DNA of 16,719 bases, taken from NCBI GenBank assembly GCA_964522135.1, contig CAZFVG010000011.1:1-16719 (forward strand). The letters run 5' to 3'. The notes under the pieces are model-generated. The model saw nothing but the letters and a program-made list of their open reading frames with translations, was not told the origin of the DNA and searched no databases. The stretch comes from an uncultured Methanosarcinales archaeon. Its GTDB lineage: Archaea > Nanobdellota > Nanobdellia > Woesearchaeales > UBA9642. Positions 12,366-16,719 of the stretch are shown here, piece by piece (the first letter of the stretch is position 1; every line of letters starts with the position of its first letter). Made by a program: the position numbers and the translations under genes.

Positions 12366-14879
12366 TTACAATCCAACATTGTCATCCTCAAAGCCTTCTT
12401 CTTTCTTTGGCATCGCTGACGGGTCTTCACCGCCGTGCCACGTGAATCTTGGGCGTAGCCTTATTGGATACATTTTCTCATTGTTGTCGTCAAATATTAT
12501 AGCGGCACCCTTTTCTCGTGGAAGGTCATCAAGCTGCTGTACCAAACCTTCTCGCATGTATGATTGCATGAGTGCGCCAAGCGCCTCAGTATCGAGTTTT
12601 GCCGTAATTCTGTGCGCAATCACTACGTCCGCCTGGGTCATGACGTCAGAATGTATCTTTCCAGGCTGCTGTGTCGCAAGTATGAGCGATATTCCTGGCT
12701 GTCTTCCCTCTCTAAGGATTGTAACAAGCGGATCAGTTGCAAGCGTCTTTCCGACGGCAGGAAGGAATTCGTGTGCCTCATCAACTACGAGCCACACCAT
12801 AGGGAAATCAAACTTTTTCTTCGTGTCCTCACTGAATAAGTTAGTGGCTTTATGTATCTGAGCGTACTCCTCGTCCTTTCTTGCAAGCATCCTCTGAATG
12901 AATAATTTCTCAGCGATTAGGCCAACCACAAGATTCTTTATATTCCATGAATTTGGCATAGTGGCATAACAGCTCAAATCGAGGACTGTGACCTGACCGC
13001 CCTTCGCTAAATCAGATAATGGCGTTGCAGTAAAAGATTTTGCGCTCTTATCCTTGCCGGATTTAGGCTTGAGATTCTCTTCCGCGAATATTCCCCAATT
13101 TTCGGCATTCATGAAAAGGTTTTTTGCAGCATTCTTAGTGTTGGCATCAAAGTCCTTATCGGCATCGATTGCCCTGATTACATCCTTTATAGTAAATTTT
13201 TTCTCGAGGTCGGATGTATCATCGATATCCCCTTTCAGAGAATATATTATACGCTCTATGAACACCCCCACAGTGCTGTTCTCTCCAACGCCAAAACTCA
13301 TGCACCAATCGCTCGCATCAAGCTCTGACGCAGAGACGCTGAACGGAAAATCTGTAGGGATACCTTTCTTTTTGAAATCGTCGAAGAATCCTGACGGAGT
13401 ATAAATCTTGACATCGAGCGATTTTGACTTGAGACCCCACTGCTTGAGAAGTTCCTTATCTTTCTGGTTCGGATATTTCATAGTCCAATAAATACCCATC
13501 GTATCAAGCAGTATCACAGAAATATTGTTACTTATTTCCGGAGGAAGATCAGAAATACCCTCAGCAATAACACCCATAGTATACGACTTTCCACTGTTGT
13601 GACTAATTATACCATTTGCTATAAATGAGTGATTTTTTGGTACTTTTAGATCATAGACTTCTTTTATCCCTTTAATTGTACGTATTTTTGTTATCTTGTT
13701 TCCAAATAGGTTATTATTAGTATAGGTAGTTTTTTTTCTTCTTATGGATTGGTGGAATCTATGTTTTTCCAGTTTTATTATTTTACTCGTATCTATAAAT
13801 CCTATCCTTTTGAAATTTTCAAGGGAGGTATGATCTGTAACATATAATTGATAGTTGAGAAAGGTTTTCCCATTTAATTTTACCACTTTATCTCTAATTG
13901 TTGATTGTATATTAAAATGCGTCAATAATAAATGTAAATCTTCAAGAAATTTTCTAGATTTAGAATAATATACTACATGTAAACCATTTTTGTTGACGTA
14001 ACCATCACAAGAATATAATGCTTTTAAAAAATTTATTTTAAAAGTATTAGAACTCTCAAACACTATTTTAGGAACTCTTATCAAGTGAGATTTCAAACCT
14101 AAGGGTATTCCTAATGCGTTAAGTTTTTCTAATACTTTACGATGCATAGCTGTCAAAACATAACAGTTCTCTGCACCTTTTTTACGCTTTGATACAATAG
14201 TATTAAACTCTTTTTCAATATCCTCTTTACAAGTATTTAATACATCTTCACATGCATTGACAAATCGTACGCGTCGTTTAGTTCCATTATAGATATATCC
14301 TCTCCCATCTTTGAATACACCTTTTCTAGCTTGCATTGTGCCATCAGCAAGTATAAATCCTAATAATCGTGCTATACGTAAACTTTCTTTATCGTAAGCT
14401 ATTTCAGGAACAGAAGTAGTGCTTAACAATAAGTCGCCGATTTTTAAAGAATCAGCTTTTTTCCAAACTTGTTTACCTTTACTTAAAACTAGCAATGGAT
14501 GTTCTTTAGTCATCACAAGTTTTTGACCATCGTAATTTTCTATCTCAATCAAAGGTTCATCAACAATATTATATTTCAATAATTTAGCACTTTCCCATTC
14601 AAAACCATTTTTGCCATAAGAATATATCTTATGTTTTGTAGGATTAAAATCAGAGATATTAATATATCCACAATTAGTAAATATCTTAGTATCACCAACC
14701 AAACAACCTCTTTTTCCTACTATGAAGAATACGTGTGCGCGTGTGACGTCTATGAATACGTTGTTGCTTAGGCTTACTGTTCGTCCCATCTTGACGTAGT
14801 GTCTTCCTAGGAATATTGTTCCTTTGTCTCCAAGTTTTTCTTTATCGGAATCGCTTCTTCCTATTATGACGTCATACAT
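12366..14879 (-). CDS. HerA/DUF87-type P-loop ATPase (COG0433-like) interrupted by an intein in the Walker A motif
   Basis: The exteins join as ...HVFFIVGKRG|SGKSYTMGV..., a G-x-x-G-x-GKS/T P-loop. Walker B is VWLVVDEAHEFLP. ILATQQPGKI...VIAHR is typical of the HerA/FtsK-like clade. ATG 14879 is preferred over the TTG at 14900 because TTTATAAA (14902-14909) is centred about 26 nt upstream, implying a leaderless mRNA. The spliced product would be about 467 aa. Confidence 0.85.
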   Translation of the reverse strand: MYDVIIGRSDSDKEKLGDKGTIFLGRHYVKMGRTVSLSNNVFIDVTRAHVFFIVGKRGCLVGDTKIFTNCGYINISDFNPTKHKIYSYGKNGFEWESAKLLKYNIVDEPLIEIENYDGQKLVMTKEHPLLVLSKGKQVWKKADSLKIGDLLLSTTSVPEIAYDKESLRIARLLGFILADGTMQARKGVFKDGRGYIYNGTKRRVRFVNACEDVLNTCKEDIEKEFNTIVSKRKKGAENCYVLTAMHRKVLEKLNALGIPLGLKSHLIRVPKIVFESSNTFKINFLKALYSCDGYVNKNGLHVVYYSKSRKFLEDLHLLLTHFNIQSTIRDKVVKLNGKTFLNYQLYVTDHTSLENFKRIGFIDTSKIIKLEKHRFHQSIRRKKTTYTNNNLFGNKITKIRTIKGIKEVYDLKVPKNHSFIANGIISHNSGKSYTMGVIAEGISDLPPEISNNISVILLDTMGIYWTMKYPNQKDKELLKQWGLKSKSLDVKIYTPSGFFDDFKKKGIPTDFPFSVSASELDASDWCMSFGVGENSTVGVFIERIIYSLKGDIDDTSDLEKKFTIKDVIRAIDADKDFDANTKNAAKNLFMNAENWGIFAEENLKPKSGKDKSAKSFTATPLSDLAKGGQVTVLDLSCYATMPNSWNIKNLVVGLIAEKLFIQRMLARKDEEYAQIHKATNLFSEDTKKKFDFPMVWLVVDEAHEFLPAVGKTLATDPLVTILREGRQPGISLILATQQPGKIHSDVMTQADVVIAHRITAKLDTEALGALMQSYMREGLVQQLDDLPREKGAAIIFDDNNEKMYPIRLRPRFTWHGGEDPSAMPKKEEGFEDDNVGL
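13596..14705 (-). mobile_element. Full-length intein (370 aa) with LAGLIDADG homing-endonuclease domain
   Basis: It starts CLVGDTKIF (block A, Cys1), contains TKEHPLLV (block B, T-x-x-H), and ends VYDLKVPKNHSFIANGIISHN followed by Ser+1 (blocks F/G). The two LAGLIDADG motifs are LLGFILADGTM and FLKALYSCDGYV. Boundaries were checked codon by codon: tgt at 14705-14703, aac at 13598-13596, agt at 13595-13593. Confidence 0.9.
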
Positions 14880-14901
14880 GGTTAAATAGTCAGGAAACAA
14901 G

Positions 14902-14909
14902 TTTATAAA
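14902..14909 (-). promoter_or_regulatory. TATA box TTTATAAA for the HerA-like gene
   Basis: Palindromic TTTATAAA centred 26-27 nt upstream of ATG 14879, with no SD-like element between them. Confidence 0.45.
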
Positions 14910-15021
14910 TTTATCGTGTCATGGTGACGAAACCATAATGGGATACTCCCTCTATGCACTCAAACATTTCCACAAACTTTAAATATCGTCCTCAGGTTCT
15001 CGTCATAAAGAGAAATATTAT

Positions 15022-15045
15022 CGCGTACCACAGAATGGTAGCGCG
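15022..15045. promoter_or_regulatory. GC-rich imperfect palindrome CGCGTACCA-cagaa-TGGTAGCGCG next to the PPIase gene promoter
   Basis: Core TACCA-N5-TGGTA is perfect and extended by CGCG arms with one bulged G. It lies about 10 nt upstream of ATTTAAAT (15057-15064), which is about 27 nt upstream of ATG 15088. It is a candidate operator or a small hairpin. Confidence 0.3.
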
Positions 15046-15087
15046 GTAGGATTGAAATTTAAATTATTTATTGAGGAGTGTGTTGAT

Positions 15088-16719
15088 ATGGCGGATAATG
15101 AAAATCTTAGTAAAAAAACATCTGTGAATTCCCAAGGGGTTCCAGAAGATTCTGATGTTGACAGGATAAATGACTTCGTGACAAGCACTGAAGAGACTCA
15201 AGGGCAAGAGGCAGAAGAAGAGCCAGCAGCCGTAGAGGAAGAGGCCAAAGAGGAGAAACCAAAGGAAAAGCCTAAGGATAGGCCAAAGCCTGTCGTAAAG
15301 AAAGTTGTAGAGAATAAGCAGCCAAAAAAGATATTCAAAAAACCGATAAAAACCATAGGTGAAAAGAAAATGATCAAGGTAAAGAAAGTCGAGAAACCAG
15401 TACCAAAAAAAGAGGTAAAGGTATCAAGAAAGGCGACAGAAAACAAGGTGCGCGAGAAGAAGGGCGGAAATGACAAGGTCCTCATTTGGGCTGGTATCGG
15501 GCTTCTGATAATCATACTTGCAGTAGTATTATATCTTGCATTGACACCAAAAGCGGTTGTTCCAGCACCAGTCAACCAGACTACAAAGTCTATAGCCGCA
15601 ACTGTCAATGGAGATCCTATATATCTACAAGATGTATTGACTCAATATAACAAGTTGAACCCTGCTACAAGGACAGCGTCCAGCATGGAATCGATATTGA
15701 ACCAGAGCATCAATCAGTTATTATTGACACAAGAGGCAAAAAAAGACGGAATTCAAGTATCATCAAGTGAGGTAGACAGCGAGATAAATAACGTGAAGAT
15801 ACAGAACGGCCTCAGCGATACGCAAATGCTACAAGCCCTCCAGCAGCAGGGACTTGACATGCCTACTTTCAGAACGATGGTCGAATCAAGCCTTAAGATA
15901 AGAAAGCTTCTCAACCAGACTATACTTCAGAACATCAGCATCTCAGATGCCGAAGTGCAAGCATATTATGCAACAAACATAGACCAGTTCAAGGTGCCTG
16001 CAAAAGTAACCGTACAGCATATATTAATAGCCGTACAGGGCAACGTTACAGATACAGCAGCGAAGGCTCTTGCAGATAACGTTAACAGCCAATTGAACGG
16101 CACAAATTTCTGCGACCTAGTCTTGAAGTACAGCGATGATGCAGGAAGCAAGAACACGTGCGGCCAGTATACATTCGCGAAGGGCGACTTCAACAATCCA
16201 GACTTCGAGAATCCGAGCTTCAGCATGCAGGTGAACGATACAACAATAGTCAAGACTGTATTCGGATGGCACATAATACATAAATTAGCAGACATACTAG
16301 GACGAACTCAAAATTTAACAGAGGTATACGACCAGATAAATAAGACGCTATACGACAATGCGGCTCAGGTAAACTTCGACGCGTACATATCAGGAATAAA
16401 GAGCAGATCGACGATAGTAAACTACCTCACAAAGGAAGGAACAGGCACCGTCCAGAACGCCCCGATAGTTGAGGCGAACACTACAGCAAGCGTGAATCTT
16501 GATGATTTCGCAAAATGCCTTGCAGCAGACAACGTCTCGATGTATGGAGCATCATGGTGCCCACACTGCAACGACCAGAAGACTATGTTCGGAACATCAT
16601 TCCAGTACATCAACTACGTAGAGTGCGCTGACCCGAACAATTCACAGGTGCAAACTCCAGCATGCAACAAGGCAGGAATCAGTGGCTACCCGACGTGGGT
16701 AATCAACGGCACACTGTAT
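15088..16719 (+). CDS. Membrane-anchored foldase fusion: K/E/P-rich N-terminal tail, TM helix, SurA-N/PrsA-like region, parvulin PPIase domain, C-terminal WCPHC thioredoxin-like domain (3' partial)
   Basis: My own translation from ATG 15088 (GAGGAG at 15073-15078) stays open to the window end, 544 codons; it is absent from the ORF track because no stop is reached. It begins MADNENLS...EEEAKEEKPKEKPKDRPKP..., then a TM helix VLIWAGIGLLIIILAVVLYLAL. Next comes ATVNGDPIYLQDV...SLKIRKLL, then parvulin blocks KVTVQHILI ... FGWHIIH. The last part is YGASWCPHCNDQKTMFG...YVECADP...C...GISGYPTWVING, the Trx-like module known from VKOR fusions. Confidence 0.85.
   Translation, partial: MADNENLSKKTSVNSQGVPEDSDVDRINDFVTSTEETQGQEAEEEPAAVEEEAKEEKPKEKPKDRPKPVVKKVVENKQPKKIFKKPIKTIGEKKMIKVKKVEKPVPKKEVKVSRKATENKVREKKGGNDKVLIWAGIGLLIIILAVVLYLALTPKAVVPAPVNQTTKSIAATVNGDPIYLQDVLTQYNKLNPATRTASSMESILNQSINQLLLTQEAKKDGIQVSSSEVDSEINNVKIQNGLSDTQMLQALQQQGLDMPTFRTMVESSLKIRKLLNQTILQNISISDAEVQAYYATNIDQFKVPAKVTVQHILIAVQGNVTDTAAKALADNVNSQLNGTNFCDLVLKYSDDAGSKNTCGQYTFAKGDFNNPDFENPSFSMQVNDTTIVKTVFGWHIIHKLADILGRTQNLTEVYDQINKTLYDNAAQVNFDAYISGIKSRSTIVNYLTKEGTGTVQNAPIVEANTTASVNLDDFAKCLAADNVSMYGASWCPHCNDQKTMFGTSFQYINYVECADPNNSQVQTPACNKAGISGYPTWVINGTLY

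Noticed and set aside
12379-13404. Plus-strand ORFs 12379..12861, 12564..12839 and 13054..13404, antisense to the HerA-like gene
   Set aside because: They are shadow ORFs opposite a well-supported CDS. Their Ser/Cys-rich composition is typical of antisense frames.
15022-15060. TGGTAGCGCG context resembling a tRNA D-arm
   Set aside because: The downstream sequence (GTAGGATTGAAATTTAAA) cannot form an anticodon stem and there is no T-arm. I treat it as a palindrome or operator candidate instead.
15198-16295. Minus-strand ORFs 15198..15608 and 15966..16295
   Set aside because: They are antisense to the long open plus-strand frame encoding the PPIase-Trx fusion. The first mirrors the Lys/Glu-rich low-complexity region as Phe/Ser-rich sequence.
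1-16719. CRISPR arrays, rRNA or tRNA genes, transposase or integrase genes
   Set aside because: I found no regularly spaced short direct repeats, no rRNA-like segments, no cloverleaf-compatible sequences and no ORF with recombinase or transposase motifs. The only mobile element seen is the intein.

Overview
Low-GC archaeal-looking chromosome segment. Supporting signs are TTTAAATA/TTTATAAA boxes centred about 26 nt upstream of many start codons, a presenilin-type intramembrane protease, a 7S-size structured RNA and an intein; a small-genome, DPANN-like lineage is my guess only. I call 23 CDS (the last runs off the 3' edge), one structured ncRNA, one intein and two repeat features. Recognisable products: a stand-alone IMP cyclohydrolase (PurH N-terminal half), a tightly packed four-gene cassette of bacterial-type families (DoxX-like, tandem PhnB/VOC, RibD_C/DHFR-like, DUF1801), and a DedA / small membrane protein / presenilin-SPP operon. 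Also recognisable are a PNP_UDP-type nucleoside phosphorylase, a HerA/DUF87-type ATPase whose Walker A loop is split by a 370-aa LAGLIDADG intein, and a membrane-anchored parvulin PPIase fused to a WCPHC thioredoxin-like domain. Items most worth a second look: (i) a four-gene operon of unknowns at 6048-8186, made of two tandem paralogs, an MBL-fold protein lacking its His motif and a small protein; (ii) the very AT-rich intein inside a GC-richer, partner-less HerA-like gene; (iii) a decaying tandem array with a 149-bp period and nested inverted repeats that stay complementary between copies although their sequences differ, next to the ncRNA; (iv) the ncRNA itself, a probable but divergent SRP RNA. 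All function calls come from motif recognition by eye; no database search was possible.
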